Of a stretch of DNA of 64,000 bases, positions 40,528 to 54,200 are shown piece after piece. The position numbers and the translations under genes are program-made. Every line of letters begins with the position of its first letter. The first letter of the stretch is position 1. Source of the DNA: Candidatus Eiseniibacteriota bacterium (GTDB taxonomy: Bacteria; Eisenbacteria; RBG-16-71-46; JABDJR01); NCBI GenBank assembly GCA_963783375.1, contig CAWANH010000028.1, forward strand, positions 1,728,001-1,792,000. The letters are read 5' to 3'. The notes under the pieces were generated by a model, which did not search any database, was not told the origin of the DNA, and worked only from the letters and a program-made list of their open reading frames with translations.

Positions 40528-41985
40528 TCACCGCAGGACGACGAGTCGGACGGTGCTCCGCCGGGCCGATGTTACCGCAGTCGCGAAATAGATGCCCGAA
40601 CCGAGCACGCGCCCCGCGTCGTCCCGACCGTCCCAGGTGAAGACGCGAAGACCCGCCTCGACCGGGCCGTCGTGGAGGGTGCGGACGATGCGTCCCTGGA
40701 GATCGTAGATGCGGAGGCGGAGGGGCCCCGAGGCGCCGGCCTGAACCTGGAGGGTCCCGGGGCCTCTCATCGGGTTGGGGCTGGCGGAGAGAACGACGGC
40801 GGTGGGCCCGGGAGCGGGAAGGTCTCCGACTCCGGTCTGCTCCCCCACGCCGTAGGCGTAGTCCATGGACCCGTCGGTTTCGTTGTACACGCCCAGGTTG
40901 GGAAGCCCCTGGGGGTCGAAGGCGATGGAGCTGAAGCGTCCCACGTTTCCCGCGGTGAGCGGGGTGTTGTAGATCCAGGTGCCGTTGAAGCGCGCGGCAT
41001 AGCGCAGGTCGCCCTGGGCCCGGTCGTAGTAGAGGACGTGGGGCCACCCGCCCTGGCCGCAGGCGATGCTGCAGCCCTCACCGAGGTCCCCCGCGCCGTC
41101 CACCGTGAGCACGGTCCACGGACCGCCGGGGGTCTCCCGCGACGCCACCTTGAGATCGAGGTGGGTGACGTCCTGGTAGGCGATGTAGGTCGCCTCTTCG
41201 AAGGAGGCGATGGCGACGTTCCGCCCCACGTCCCCGATGCTGTCGATCCGCGCGGTGCGCCAGGTGCTCCCGTCCAGCCAGGCGTACTTCAGGTCCCGGC
41301 GGTCCAGGTCGTAGTAGGCCACCTCGACGCGCGGCTTCACGACCAGGGCGGTATAGAGCCCCACCGTCCCGTCCACGTCCGGATAGGTAAAGCTCCAGAT
41401 CCCTCCGGGGGGCTTGGTGGCCACCTTGAGCCCCGGCCGGGTGGCGTCGAAGTAGGAGATCAGGATCGTGCCTCCGCCGGTGACCCCGATCGAGGTGTAC
41501 TGCCCCACCGAGCCCGACTGGTCCACCACCTCCCGCCTCCACTGGCCGAAGGTGGAGTCGAACCATGCGTGTTTCAGGTTCCGGTTGTAGGAATCGTAGT
41601 AGGAGAAATGCGGGGTGCCGTCGAGGGCCAGGGCCATGGAAGCGTAGAAACCGGTGGACGGGCTTCCGTCCACGGTGACCGTCGACCAGGCACCCGCCCC
41701 CAGGGGAGACGGATTGGTGGCGTACTTCAGGTTCTGGTTCCCGTCGGAGATTCCGTCGTAGCGGAAGTACCCCAGGTGGAGGCGGCCGAACGGGTCGATG
41801 CGCAGGGTGCAGAACTGGCCCGGGCTGTTCCCGTTGGAGTCCACCGTCACCTCGTTCCAGTCCCAGGCGACGGCCGGAGCCGCGGTGACGAGGGACAGAA
41901 GGCAGACGACGGCAGCGCGTCGGAGGAGCGAGCGGGCCGGACTCCGGTGCGGACCCTTGGCCAGGCGCTTTCGAAGGAAGGTCAC
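40528..41985 (-). CDS. Secreted beta-propeller-like repeat protein with FlgD-Ig/T9SS-like C-terminal domain
   Basis: Signal peptide ending AVA; ~7 repeats W..VD..G.VG.Y.S......P..SYYD....LK.A; PNP...IYDLQGR.VR.L...WDGRD..G....SGIYF; start uncertain. Confidence 0.85.
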   Translation of the reverse strand: MTFLRKRLAKGPHRSPARSLLRRAAVVCLLSLVTAAPAVAWDWNEVTVDSNGNSPGQFCTLRIDPFGRLHLGYFRYDGISDGNQNLKYATNPSPLGAGAWSTVTVDGSPSTGFYASMALALDGTPHFSYYDSYNRNLKHAWFDSTFGQWRREVVDQSGSVGQYTSIGVTGGGTILISYFDATRPGLKVATKPPGGIWSFTYPDVDGTVGLYTALVVKPRVEVAYYDLDRRDLKYAWLDGSTWRTARIDSIGDVGRNVAIASFEEATYIAYQDVTHLDLKVASRETPGGPWTVLTVDGAGDLGEGCSIACGQGGWPHVLYYDRAQGDLRYAARFNGTWIYNTPLTAGNVGRFSSIAFDPQGLPNLGVYNETDGSMDYAYGVGEQTGVGDLPAPGPTAVVLSASPNPMRGPGTLQVQAGASGPLRLRIYDLQGRIVRTLHDGPVEAGLRVFTWDGRDDAGRVLGSGIYFATAVTSARRSTVRLVVLR

Positions 41986-42385
41986 GGCGGCTTCCCGATC
42001 GACGCCGGACGGAACCGTGGCCCCGAGCGTCGACCCGTTGGATGTTCGGGCTCCCATTCTGCCGGAGCCATAGACAGGTGGAATGCAATTCTACCATGGG
42101 GACGGAGCGCTTCGATGCGGCGGCTACGGGCCCGGAGGCTTCGGTTGACCCGGGGTCCGAACCTGTCACTTCGGCCCATTGGCGCTGGAGATTGGATGGT
42201 AGAAATGCCGACAGTTCTTTGAGAAATTTTGTAAAGCCAGCCAACTTAATCTTCGACTACCGGAATCGATCGATGATACTATCTGCCATGAGTCAAAACT
42301 GAGCGACAAGCCTGTTGTCATTTGCTGTAGATGAACTTAACCGACATGGAACCTGCTGTTTCCGGGCGGTGAATTGTAATTGAAC

Positions 42386-42414
42386 TTGAACAGCGGCCGC
42401 TTCGTTGGTATAAA
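42386..42414 (+). promoter_or_regulatory. Putative sigma70 promoter of paralog A
   Basis: TTGAAC-N17-TATAAA with TG extended -10. Confidence 0.6.
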
Positions 42415-42698
42415 TGAGAATCGATTGAGGAGCAGATATTGAACTCCGGGCCGGGGAGAATGCTCTTCATCAAGCGCGGCGTATCTCCCCAGTTCGGTCG
42501 GGCCGGCGCCACCCCGGCGCCACCACGGTTTCCAATCGCGCTTGAATGCCTCGCCGCCAAAGATCTCAGGACGGAGGAAACGGGTGCCCTCTCGATTTGC
42601 GACGTGGATGCGGTCTCTCTCACGCTCCACTCCATCGACCTCCCCCCACCTCGCCCCTCCTCGATGCTGGGTCCCCATACGGACGAAGGAGGTCCCTC

Positions 42699-45600
42699 AT
42701 GTGTAGGCGTCTCACGCGCAGCTCCAGTTCGATTCTGACCGGATGCGCGATGCTCATGCTCCTGTTCCTCGTGGTCGGGGCGGTGCCAGCCTCGGCCGAC
42801 AACGGGGCGGTTCCTCCGGCGTTCGGCGGCGTCACCGCCGCCATGGTTCGGACCAACGCCCAGCAGATCCAGTACGACCCGCCGTTGGACGTATTCGGGA
42901 ACGGCGGGTCGTGTCCCGACCCGACCAATTACGGCTTCGACTACGGCGACAGCGTCTACGTCTGGCTCGCGCCGAGCGGGGACCTGTGGTGGGTGATCGA
43001 AACCCACGGAAACGTCGGGGACTCCAATCAGGACGGCGGTTACGACACCAACACCCCCGATTGCGGGGGCCATCCGGGCTGCGTCAACACCGAGGCCGAC
43101 GCTTTCAACAACATCTTCGCCTCGGGGGTGGAATCGGTCACCATCGGGGTCGATCGCGACTGCAACGGGGTCAACGACCTCCGCTTCACCCTGACCGGCG
43201 CCGGTGACCGCGCCGCGGACGAGGTCCGGGTCACCCTGGACGCGATGACCAACTACTTCAACTCCACGCTGGGTGAGCAGGGAACCGCCTGGAGCGGCGA
43301 CCCCATCCAGGTGGGCCCGGACGCGGTCTGCGTGGTCCAGCGGAACGGCGCGGTCATGATCAGGATCCCGGATTGGCAGAAGTACTTCCGGGACCCGAAC
43401 ACCAACGCTTTCTTCGCCTCTCCCACCGTCTTTTCCTGGCTGGTGGACTCGGGCAACAACTCGGACTTCTACACCGAGGACACCGTCGTCGGTCTCTTCG
43501 ACGTGTCCGCTCCCAACATCTCCATCGACAAGCAGGCCAATCCGACCCTGGTCTGCACGACGGGGGACTCCACCCGGTTCACGGTGACCGTGACCAATAC
43601 CGGAAACACCCCGCTCACCAACGTGCAGCTCACCGATGTGCTGCCCGCTGGGCTGACCTACGGAAACGCCTACATCGACGACCCCACTCTTCCCCTTGGG
43701 GCACCGACGGTTCTCTCGAACAACCTGTCCTGGGGCTCATTCTCGATGGAGCCCCTGGAGTCCCGGACCATCTCCTACCGGGTGCTTACCGATGGATGCT
43801 CGGGGACGGAGGCCAACCAGGCGGTGGTCACCGCCGAGTTCAACTCGGACTGCCTGCCGCTTCCCAGCGGCCTGCGCGAGGAGAGTTCGGCCCAGGTGAC
43901 CTGTGCGGAACCGGGGATCTCGGTCACTCCGCCCGCCGACAGCCGGCTCTGCGTCCTCTCGCCGGTGTCGCTGACCTTCGTGGTCACCAACACGGGTAGT
44001 CACACCGAGGACCTGAACTTCACCGGAATGTTCGACGGGTCGCCGGCCACGGTTGCTCCCACGTCGCGGGCCGGCGTGGCCGCCGGGGACACCGTCCACG
44101 TGGTCCTGACCGCGGTCATGCCCGGAACCTGCGCCGGGGACCTCACCGCCCAGGTGTCCGCCTCCGGCGACATCCCCGGGCTCACGAACTGCAGCGCGGC
44201 GGACAGCGCCCTGGCCACGGTGCAGTGCTCCGAGCCCGGGGTCACGGTGACCCCGCCCACGGACCTGACCGCCTGCGTGGACACCCCCCTCAACCTGGAG
44301 TTCGTGGTGACCAACACCGGGAACTCCACCGAGAACCTGACCTTCAGCGGGATGTTCGGGGGATCGCCGGCGACGGTGAACCCGGCGTCGCGGAACGGCC
44401 TTGCCGCCGGGGACACGGTGCACGTGGTGGTGACGGCAACGATGCCGTCGACGTGCAACGGCGACATCACGGTGTCGGTGACCGCGAACGCCTCGGTGGA
44501 CGGGGTCCAGGGTTGCGACGACTCGGACAGCCAATCCTCGATCGTTCACTGCGCCGACGCGGGGGTCTCGGTAGCCGCTCCGCCCGATACCAAGGCGTGC
44601 GTGGACTCGACGCTTCTGATGACGTTCGTGGTGACGAACACCGGGAACGTCACGGAGGATCTGAGCTTCACCGGGATGTTCGGGGGATCGCCGGTCGCGG
44701 CCAACCCGGCCTCGCGGAACGGCGTTGCGTCGGGGGACACGGTGCACGTGGTGCTGGCCGGAGTGATGCCGGCCCAGTGCAGCGGGGACGTGATCGCCCG
44801 GGTGGACGCCTCGGCAACCATTCCGGGGGTCGACCTCTGCGATGCCGACGCCGCCGACAGCGCCACCGTGCAGTGCGCGGAGGCGGCGGTAGACGTGGCT
44901 CCGGCGGGCCAGATCTTCGCGTGTCTGGACTCGGACATCGCGTTCGAGTACGTGGTGACGAACACCAGCGCGGAGACGGAGAACCTGACCTTCGCCGGTC
45001 TGTTCGACGGATCCCCGGTGACGGCGACCCCGGCGTTCCGGAACGGGGTGGCGGCGGGGGACACGGTGCACGTGATTCTGTCCGGGTCGTGCAGCGGGCG
45101 GACGATCAACACCCAGCTGACCGCCACCGCAGTGGTGGACGGGTTGCCGGGCTGCGAGGCCCAGGACTCGGCGGAGGGGTCGGCGACCTGCGCGACCCCG
45201 GGAGTGGGGGTGACGCCGCCGACGGACATCACGCTGTGCGTGGACAGTCCGGTGGTGCGTGAGTTCGTGGTGACGAACACCGGGAGCGATCCCGAAGACC
45301 TGACGTTCAGCGGGATGTTCGACGGGTCGCCGGCGACGGTGAACCCGACGTCGCGGAACAGCGTGGCGGCGGGGGACACGGTGCACGTGGTGGTGACGGG
45401 GACGATGCCGTCGACGTGCAACGGCGACATCACGGTGTCGGTGACGGCGAACGCGTCGGTGACGGGTCTCCAGGGGTGCACGGACAGCGACACCCAGCCG
45501 ACGACGGTGCACTGCGTGGACGCGGAGGCGAGCGTGACGCCGCCGCCGAACACGAAGGCGTGCGTGGACTCGACGCTTCTGATGACGTTCGTGGTGACGA

Positions 45601-48600
45601 ACACCGGGAACGTGACGGAGGACCTGACGTTCACCGGGATGTTCAACGGGTCGCCGGCCACGGTGAACCCGGCGTCGCGGAACGGCGTTGCGTCGGGGGA
45701 CACGGTGCACGTGGTGCTGACCGGGTTGATGCCGTCCCAGTGCAGCGGGGACGTGACCGCCCGGGTGGACGTGAGCGCGTCGGTTCCTGGCGTGGGAGCG
45801 TGCGACGCGGCCGACTTCGCCACCGCCACCGTGCAGTGCGCGGAGGCGGCGGTAGACGTGGCTCCGGCGGGCCAGATCTTCGCGTGTCTGGACTCGGACA
45901 TCGCGTTCGAGTACGTGGTGACGAACACGAGCGCGGAGACGGAGAACCTGACCTTCGCCGGTCTGTTCGACGGATCCCCGGTGACGGCGACCCCGGCGTT
46001 CCGGAACGGGGTGGCGGCGGGGGACACGGTGCACGTGATTCTGTCCGGGTCGTGCAGCGGGCGGACGATGCGACACCCAGCTGACCGCCACCGCAGTGGT
46101 GGACGGGTTGCCGGGCTGCGAGGCCCAGGACTCGGCGGAGGGGTCGGCGACCTGCGCGACCCCGGGGGTGGGGGTGACGCCGCCGACGGACATCACGCTG
46201 TGCGTGGACAGTCCGGTGGTGCGTGAGTTCGTGGTGACGAACACCGGGAGCGATCCCGAGGACCTGACGTTCAGCGGGATGTTCGACGGGATCGCCGGCG
46301 ACGGTGAACCCGACGTCGCGGAACAACGTGGCGGCGGGGGACACGGTGCACGTGGTGGTGACGGGGACGATGCCGTCGACGTGCAACGGCGACATCACGG
46401 TGTCGGTGACGGCGAACGCGTCGGTGGCGGGGCTCCAGGGGTGCACGGACAGCGACACCCAGCCGACGACGGTGCACTGCGTGGACGCGGAGGCGAGCGT
46501 GACGCCGCCGCCGAACACGAAGGCGTGCGTGGACTCGACGCTTCTGATGACGTTCGTGGTGACGAACACCGGGAACGTGACGGAGGACCTGACGTTCACC
46601 GGGATGTTCAACGGGTCGCCGGCCACGGTGAACCCGGCGTCGCGGAACGGGGTGGCGTCGGGGGACACGGTGCACGTGGTGCTGACCGGGTTGATGCCGG
46701 CCCAGTGCAGCGGGGACGTGACCGCCCGGGTGGATGTGAGCGCGTCGGTTCCTGGCGTGGGAGCGTGCGACGCGGCCGACTTCGCCACCGCCACCGTGCA
46801 GTGCGCGGAGGCGGCGGTCGACGTGGCTCCGGCGGGCCAGATCTTCGCGTGTCTGGACTCGGACATCGCGTTCGAGTACGTGGTGACGAACACCAGCGCG
46901 GAGACGGAGAACCTGACCTTCGCCGGTCTGTTCGACGGATCCCCGGTGACGGCGACCCCGGCGTTCCGGAACGGGGTGGCGGCGGGGGACACGGTGCACG
47001 TGATCCTGTCCGGGTCGTGCAGCGACCGGACGGTGGCGACGTCCTTGACCGCGACGGCGGTGGTGGACGGGTTGCCGGGCTGCGAGGCCCAGGACTCGGC
47101 GGAGGGGTCGGCGACCTGCGCCACCCCGGGGGTGGGGGTGACGCCGCCGACGGACATCACGCTGTGCGTGGACAGTCCGGTGGTGCGTGAGTTCGTGGTG
47201 ACGAACACCGGGAGCGATCCGGAGGACCTGACGTTCAGCGGGATGTTCGGGGGATCGCCGGCGACGGTGAACCCGACGTCGCGGAACGGCGTGGCGGCCG
47301 GGGACACGGTGCACGTGGTGGTGACGGGGACGATGCCGTCGACGTGCAACGGGGACATCACGGTGTCGGTGACGGCGAACGCGTCGGTGGCGACGCTCCA
47401 GGGGTGCACGGACAGCGACACCCAGCCGACGACGGTGCACTGCGTGGACGCGGAGGCGAGCGTGACGCCGCCGCCGAACACGAAGGCGTGCGTGGACTCG
47501 ACGCTCTTGATGACGTTCGTGGTGACGAACACCGGGAACGTGACGGAGGACCTGACGTTCACCGGGATGTTCAACGGGTCGCCGGCCACGGTGAACCCGG
47601 CGTCGCGGAACGGGGTGGCGTCGGGGGACACGGTGCACGTGGTGCTGACCGGGTTGATGCCGGCCCAGTGCAGCGGGGACGTGACCGCCCGGGTGGACGT
47701 GAGCGCGTCGGTTCCTGGCGTGGGAGCGTGCGACGCGGCCGACTTCGCCACCGCCACCGTGCAGTGCGCGGAGGCGTGCGTGAACGTCATTCCGCCCAAC
47801 CCGATCACCGCCTGCGCGGACGCGGCGGTCTCGGCGGAGTTCGTGGTCCAGAATTGCGGGAACGACACCGAGGACATGACCTTCACCGGCCTCTTCCTGG
47901 GGCTTCCGGCCACGGTCACCCCCGCCTCCCGTAACGGGGTTGCCCCCGGGGACACGGTTCACGTCGTGCTCCACGGGGTGATGCCCGCGAACTGCGACTT
48001 CGGCGTGGATCCCATCACGATCCAGGGCGGGGGCGCGGACGTGGGCGTCAAGGCCATCACCATTCCCACCGTGGATCTCTCCGCGGTGGCCACGGTGTCG
48101 GGTCTCGCGGGTTGCGAGTTCCGGGACTCGGCCTCGGCCGACCTGGATTGCGTGAACCCCGACGTCCTGGCCGAGGCGCCCCCGCGGACGACGTTCTGCG
48201 CGGACGCTCCGGTGAGCCTCACCTTCGTGGTGACCAACACCGGCAGCGACCCCGAAGACCTGACGTTCGGCGGGATGTTCAACGGCTCTCCGGCGACGGT
48301 GACGCCGTCCTCCCGGAACGGGGTGGCCGTGGGCGATACCGTACACGTAGTCCTCTCGGCCACGATGCCGGCGGTTTGCGACGGTCCCTACACCGGACGG
48401 GTCATCGTCGCGGCGGCGACCGGTCTGGTCGCCTGCGACGCGGCGGATACCGCGGACGTGCTGGTGGACTGCGCGGAGCCCGGAGTGGACGTCGCGCCGC
48501 CGGATCCCTCCACCGCATGCGCCAGCTCCATGGTGTGGCTCGAGTTCGTGGTGACCAACACCGGGAACCTCGCCGAGAACATGATCTTCGGCGGGTCCTT

Positions 48601-50464
48601 CGGGACGGATCCCGCCACGGTCACCCCGGATGCGCGAAACGGCGTGGCCCCCGGGGACACCGTGCACGTCATGGTGCACGGGGAGCTTCCGGGCAGCTGC
48701 AACGGACCCCTCCAGGCCCGCCTGGCGGTGACCGGCCAGATCGTCGGCGTGGACCTCTGCGCCGCCGAGGACATCGACTCCACCCAGGTCTCCTGCGCCG
48801 GCCCCTGCGTGACCGTCACCGGACCGCCGACCGATGAGGTCTGCCCGGGAAGCGACGTGTGGACCACCTTCGTGGTGGAGAACTGCGGCAACGAGACCTC
48901 GAACCTGAGCTTCACCTCTACGTTCAACGGCAGCCCGGCCGCGCCGGTTCCGGCCTCCCGGAACGACGTGGCCCCCGGGGACACCGTGCACGTGATGATT
49001 CACGGCACCATGCCCGCCGACTGCCAACCCATCCCGGAGCGCCGGGGGTGGTGAACGCGGCCGCGGGCGGCCCGGCGAATCCGCCCGCCGCGGGAGCGCA
49101 GGTCAAGCTGGTGGCCCTGGCCGAGATCGCGGGGACGACCGAGTGCGCGGCCTCGGACAGCGCGTAGCGCCTTCATCCCTGCAAGATCCCGAGCGTCTCC
49201 CTGGTGAAGGACACGTCGCCCGACACGACCGAGACCACTTCCAAGGTCACGATCGTGGTGGAGAACACGGGGAACTCGGTGCTCGACCCGGTCCTGGTGA
49301 GCGACCATCTGCCGTCGGCGCTGGGCTTCGACACGAACCAGATCATCGGCGGGACCTGCGGGGCCAGCCTGGATCACGTCCAGACCGTGGGTGACGTCTC
49401 CTGGGTGTTCTTCAGCGGGTTCTCCCTCGATCCGGGACAGTCCTGCACGATCATCTACGACGTCAATTGCCGGTCCACGACCGGGGAGGCCAGCATCGAC
49501 ACCGCCTACGTGGAGGCCTGGTGCGACGGCACCTTCGGCATCGTCGAGCCGGTGACCGACTCCGACACCGCCAGCGTGGTGTGCCGGACCCCCGGCGAGG
49601 CCTGTCCCCGCACGATCGGGTTCTGGCGTCAGCAGTGCGCGCAGAAGTTGAACGGATCCACCAAGATCTGCGAGGCCGGCATGGAGTCGCTGTGGGTGTG
49701 CGTGATCAATGCCACCGACGTCGTCCAGTGGAAGAAGAACGACGGCAGCTACGAGACGACGGCCAGCCTCCGGACCTTGGGAGGAGCGAACCCGACCGGG
49801 CTGTTCGACGCACTGTGCTCCCAGCTCCACGGTCCTCGTCCGATGACCATCCGCGACATGACCGAACTCCAGTACCTGGGACTCATGCTCAACGTGTGTT
49901 CCTCGGCCATCGCCCGGGGCATTCCGGTGAGCAACTCTTTCGTGGGCACGGTGGGTGAGGCGATCGACGGGATCGAGAACGCCCTCGAACACCGGACCAG
50001 AACCTCGGTTACTGGGAGGGCATCGCGGACCAGATCGACAACGGGATCGGCGTTCTCGCCGCGGAACTGCCCGGATCGAGAACGGGATCTTCAGCAATCT
50101 CCCGGGCTGCAGCGCTGCCACGGTCGGGCAGACCAGGGAGCTCGGGTTCCTGAGCGGGATGACCGAGATGCCCACGATCTTCAACTCGAGGCCGTACCCG
50201 AACCCGGTCTTCTCGGGCCAGACCATCATCCTGGTCGAAGTCCCCGAGGCGATGGGTGTGCGCGACGTGCGGGTCGAGGTCTACGATCTCAAGGGCGCCA
50301 AGGTCCGTCAGCTCTACAGCGCACCCATGAATCCCGGTCGCCACACCGTGAACTGGGACCTCCGCGACGACGGCGGTTCCGACGTGGCTTCGGGGATCTA
50401 CTTCTACCGGGTGGTGGCGGGGGACACCGCAATCACCCAGAAGATGCTGGTCATGCGCCGCTAG
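42699..50464 (+). CDS. Giant secreted Cys-rich Ig-repeat protein, paralog A (~2580 aa; frame broken by several single-base indels)
   Basis: Signal peptide; acidic head domain; DUF11-like domain; 16 modules of ~107 aa (FVVTNTG...SRNGVA.GDTVHV); second DUF11-like domain; CPRTIGFW domain; YPNP...GIYFYR CTD. Indels near 46070, 46290, 49035, 49165-49180 and 49987-50080, located by comparison with sister repeats and paralog C. Confidence 0.85.
44225..47775 (+). repeat. Intragenic tandem repeat, 963-bp unit (3 modules, 321 aa), ~3.7 copies
   Basis: GTGGACTCGACGCT recurs at 44601, 45564, 46529 and 47492 (spacing 963/965/963); near-identical from ~44870. Confidence 0.95.
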
Positions 50465-50482
50465 GACGGCGCGATTGAGGGA

Positions 50483-50513
50483 GGGAACGGAGGGCCTGAG
50501 GGTCCCCCGTTCC
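50483..50513 (+). terminator. Hairpin after paralog A
   Basis: GGGAACGG...CCGTTCCC stem; no strong U tract. Confidence 0.4.
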
Positions 50514-50809
50514 CGGGCCCTTCGAACTCTCCGGACGAGGCTCCGCCCCAGGGCGGGGCCTCGTTCTTTCAGGGACGCGGCGGAATCCGGTCCGGGAGTC
50601 GACCGCTCGAACCGGGGGACCCAAGAGCGAAGCCGACTCCGGTCCATCCCGGGTCCCGAGGCGATGAGGAGTGTGCCGGTATTGAAGGAACCTCGACGCT
50701 CAGGATGCGCGGGCGCCGGTCGCTCCAACACCTGCGGGCTTTCCGCCGCAGGAAAGCCGACGTGGACCCGGCAGTCCGGCCTCATTTGTCTGCGGATCGT
50801 TTCAGGATG

Positions 50810-50934
50810 TAATCATTTGATTACTATCACGGCTAGAAAGGTCATAAGTGATTGGTTTTCGGACGTTAGGTCCCGAATTCTGCGAAATAAATTAGTCAAG
50901 AATATTGACTTTGCCCACCCATTCTTGATATCAA
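50810..50934 (+). promoter_or_regulatory. Paralog B upstream region: IHF sites, palindrome and sigma70 promoter
   Basis: Minus-strand AATCAAATGATTA (50810-50822) matches WATCAAN4TTR exactly; one-mismatch site 50845-50857; AGTCAA-N5-TTGACT at 50894-50910; TTGACT-N18-TATCAA with TG. Confidence 0.6.
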
Positions 50935-51206
50935 TTCAATTCGTTGACAGATAAGCCGCACTTGCAGGGAGGTGCAAGGTCGGGGTTTCGTCGTTGGGCG
51001 ATGCGGATAGCCATGTTGGCGCTGCGATCCGGGAGCGCGGCGCCGAGGGGGGGATCCCCCAGCATCCATCCTGCAATCCCGCCCGTGTCTCTCTCCGGAA
51101 CCCCACTCACCGAGCCCTCCGATCGCGTCTTCCGCTCTTCCGACGCCACCTGCAGGTGTAAGTAGCGCTTCGCGGACCACAGACTTCGCGGATGGAGGAA
51201 ATCACA

Positions 51207-54200
51207 ATGTCGAGCAAACTCATGGGCCTCCGGAGAGCACCGCTCTTCGGCGTCGGCCTCATTCTGGCGGTGGCCATCGCGCTCCTCGGCGCGGGTCCCG
51301 TCTTCGCCAACAACGGGATCAATACCCCGCCGGTCGGCGGCGTCACCGCCGACATGGTTCGGGCGGCGGCCCAGAACATCGTGTTCGATACGGAGGGCGA
51401 CGTCTTCGGCGGCGGCGGCAGCTGTCCCAACCCGGTGAACTACGGCTTCGACTACGGCGACAGCGTCTACGTCTGGCTGTCTCCGGCGGGGGACCTTTAC
51501 TTCGCGGTCGAGATCCATGGAAACGTGGGGGACTCGGACCAGGACGGAGGCTATGACACCGAGGGATCGACCTGCGGTGGGCATCCGGATTGCGTGGCCG
51601 CGGAGGCCGACGCCTTCCACAACATCTTCGCCTCCGGGGTCGAGTCCATCACCTATTCGATCGACCGGGACTGCAACAACGTCTTCGACCTCCGGTTCAC
51701 CCTCACCGGGGCCGGGAACATGAAGGCGGACTCCGTTTCGGTGACCCTGGATTCGATGACCGGCACCTTCGGGGACATCCTGGGCGGACAGGGCACCGCA
51801 TGGGCCGGCGCGCCGCTGCAGGCCGGTCCCGACGGGGTCTGCGTCGTGGCGCGGAACAGCACGGTCGTGGTCAGGATCCCCGACTGGGGCCGCTATTTCG
51901 AGGATCCGGTCACCCACGATCCGATCCCCGGCATCGTGTCCAACATGTTCACCTGGAGGGTAAACTCCGGAAACAACTCGGACAGCTACACCGAGGACGA
52001 GGTTCTGGGGGTGTTCGACACCTCGAACCCCCAGATCGACCTGTCGAAAACCACGTCCAAGAACCAGCTCTGCGGGAACGGGGACACCGCCCGGTTCACC
52101 CTCACCGTGACCAACACCGGGAACACGCCTCTGACCGGCGTCACCCTGAGCGATCAGCTTCCGACCGGTCTGGGCTACAACGATTCCTACATCGACGATC
52201 CGACCAACGCGATCGGGAGCCCGAACGTGGTTTCGGACCTCCTGACCTGGACCCCCTTCGACCTGGAGGTCGGCGGGTCCCGGGTCGTCTCCTACCTGGT
52301 CGTGAGCAATGGGTGCCAGGGCCAGGTGTCGAACGCCGCCGTGGTCCAGGGGACGTTCGACGTGGACTGCCTGGACGTGCCGGTGAACGTGGGTGACCAG
52401 GACGCGGCCACCGTGACCTGCGTCGACCCCGGGGTGTCGGTGACCGCTCCGCAGGCTCAGAGCCTCTGCGCGGGGTCGCCGTGGACGGCTACCTTCGTGG
52501 TCACGAACACCGGCGACGCGACCGAGAACCTCTCCATCGCCTGTACGATCGGCGGCGCGCTCCAGACGCCGGTAGTCCGCAACGGAATCGCGGTGGGGGA
52601 CACGGTCCACGTGGACGTGGCCGGAACCCTGCCCGCGACCTGCGGCTCTCCGATCACCGTGAGCTGTGAGGCTACCGCAACCCTGCCCGGGGTGGATCCC
52701 CAGGCGTGTTCGGACGTCGACAGCGATCAGACCACGGTGAGCTGCACCGCGGCGTGCGTGACCGTGGCCGACGCCCCCAACGACACCGCCTGCGCGGGGA
52801 CGACCCTCTGGATCGAGTACGTGGTGACCAACTGCAACGGCCAGGGCGGCGACGAGAACATGACCTTCTCCGGCATGTTCAACGGATCCCCGACCACGGT
52901 GAGCCCGACCTCTGCCTCGAACGTGGCCGACGGGGACACCGTGCACGTGAAGCTGCTGGCGGTGCTGCCCGCGACGGACTGCAACCCGGCCGGACACCTC
53001 GGCACCCTGACCGCGAACGCGGCCCTGGCCAACGACGCCGGGTGCACGGACTCGGACAGCGGCGACGGACGGGCCTTCTGCGACGTCCCCGACGTGGACA
53101 TCGTGAAGACCACCAGCCCGACCACCACCGACTCCGGCTCCACGGTGACCATCACCGTCACCAACCCGGGCGGCGCGGCCCTCGACCCGGTCCTGGTCAG
53201 CGACCACCTGCCCGCCGGCCTGACCTTCGACGCGGGCCAGACCCTCGGTGGAACCTGCGGCGCGACGGTGGATCACGTGCAGACCGTAGGGGATCTGACC
53301 TGGGTCTTCTTCACCGGGTTCTCCCTGGACCCGGGCGCGAGCTGCACCATCTCCTATGAGGTGGGCTGCGGTCAGTTCGACAACGCGGCCCGCGTGGACA
53401 CCGCCTACGTGAGCGCCTGGTGCGCCGGAACCTCCCAGACCACCGATCCGGTGACCGCGTCGGACACCTCGGCCGTGGTCTGCGAGCGGGAGGAGATCTG
53501 CTGCTGGATGACCACCGGCGGATTCGAGAACGGCGGCTTCAGGTCCGGCAACAAGGACGACAACTTCGGCGGGAACGTGGGTCCGCCCCCCAGCGGGCAG
53601 TGGCAGCACGTCCAGCGGTCCGGGAAGAAGGTCGTCTTCAACTTCCACAGCCACGACGCCCGCGTACGCGCATGCGGGAACGACGGGACCGCCGGTCCCT
53701 GCGTGCCTCGCGGCCACTCCAACTGGATCGAGTTCGGCGGGCCCGGGGCCTACAACCTGGGGAACGGCCCCCGGAAGTACGCTGCGTACTTCACCGCCCG
53801 GGCCGAGGATCACGGGGAGCCGGGTCGTCGCGGGAACCAGAACGGCGGCTGCGGCACTCCGGACTACTACGAGATCACGGTCTGGGACGGCGCCACCAAC
53901 GAGGTCGTGTTCACCGCCTCCGGTCTCCTGGACGGCGGGAACATCCAGATCCGCGACTGCAAGGCCAAGAAGCAGGAGGACGAACCACCGCCGGTCACCG
54001 ACGGTTCCGCCCTGGACGGCTCCGGCAACCTGGGCAGCCTGGAGACCGGACAGGATCTGGGGCTCGCGACCCTGAGGCTTCGGGCCTATCCGAACCCGGT
54101 TTCCCAGGCTCCGACCCTGATCCAGTTCAACGTTCCGTCCCACTTGAGTGGGAGCCAGGTGGACATCTCGGTCTACGACATCACCGGCCGCAAGGTCCGG

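Noticed and set aside
44225-47775. Repeat as a CRISPR array or mobile element
   Set aside because: The unit is 963 bp, coding and in frame, with no spacers, cas genes or transposase.
49165-49167. In-frame TAG in paralog A as pyrrolysine or readthrough
   Set aside because: Removing one T and adding one C nearby gives a sensible ASAFIPCK. Many other indels surround it and no pyl genes are seen, so a consensus error is more likely.
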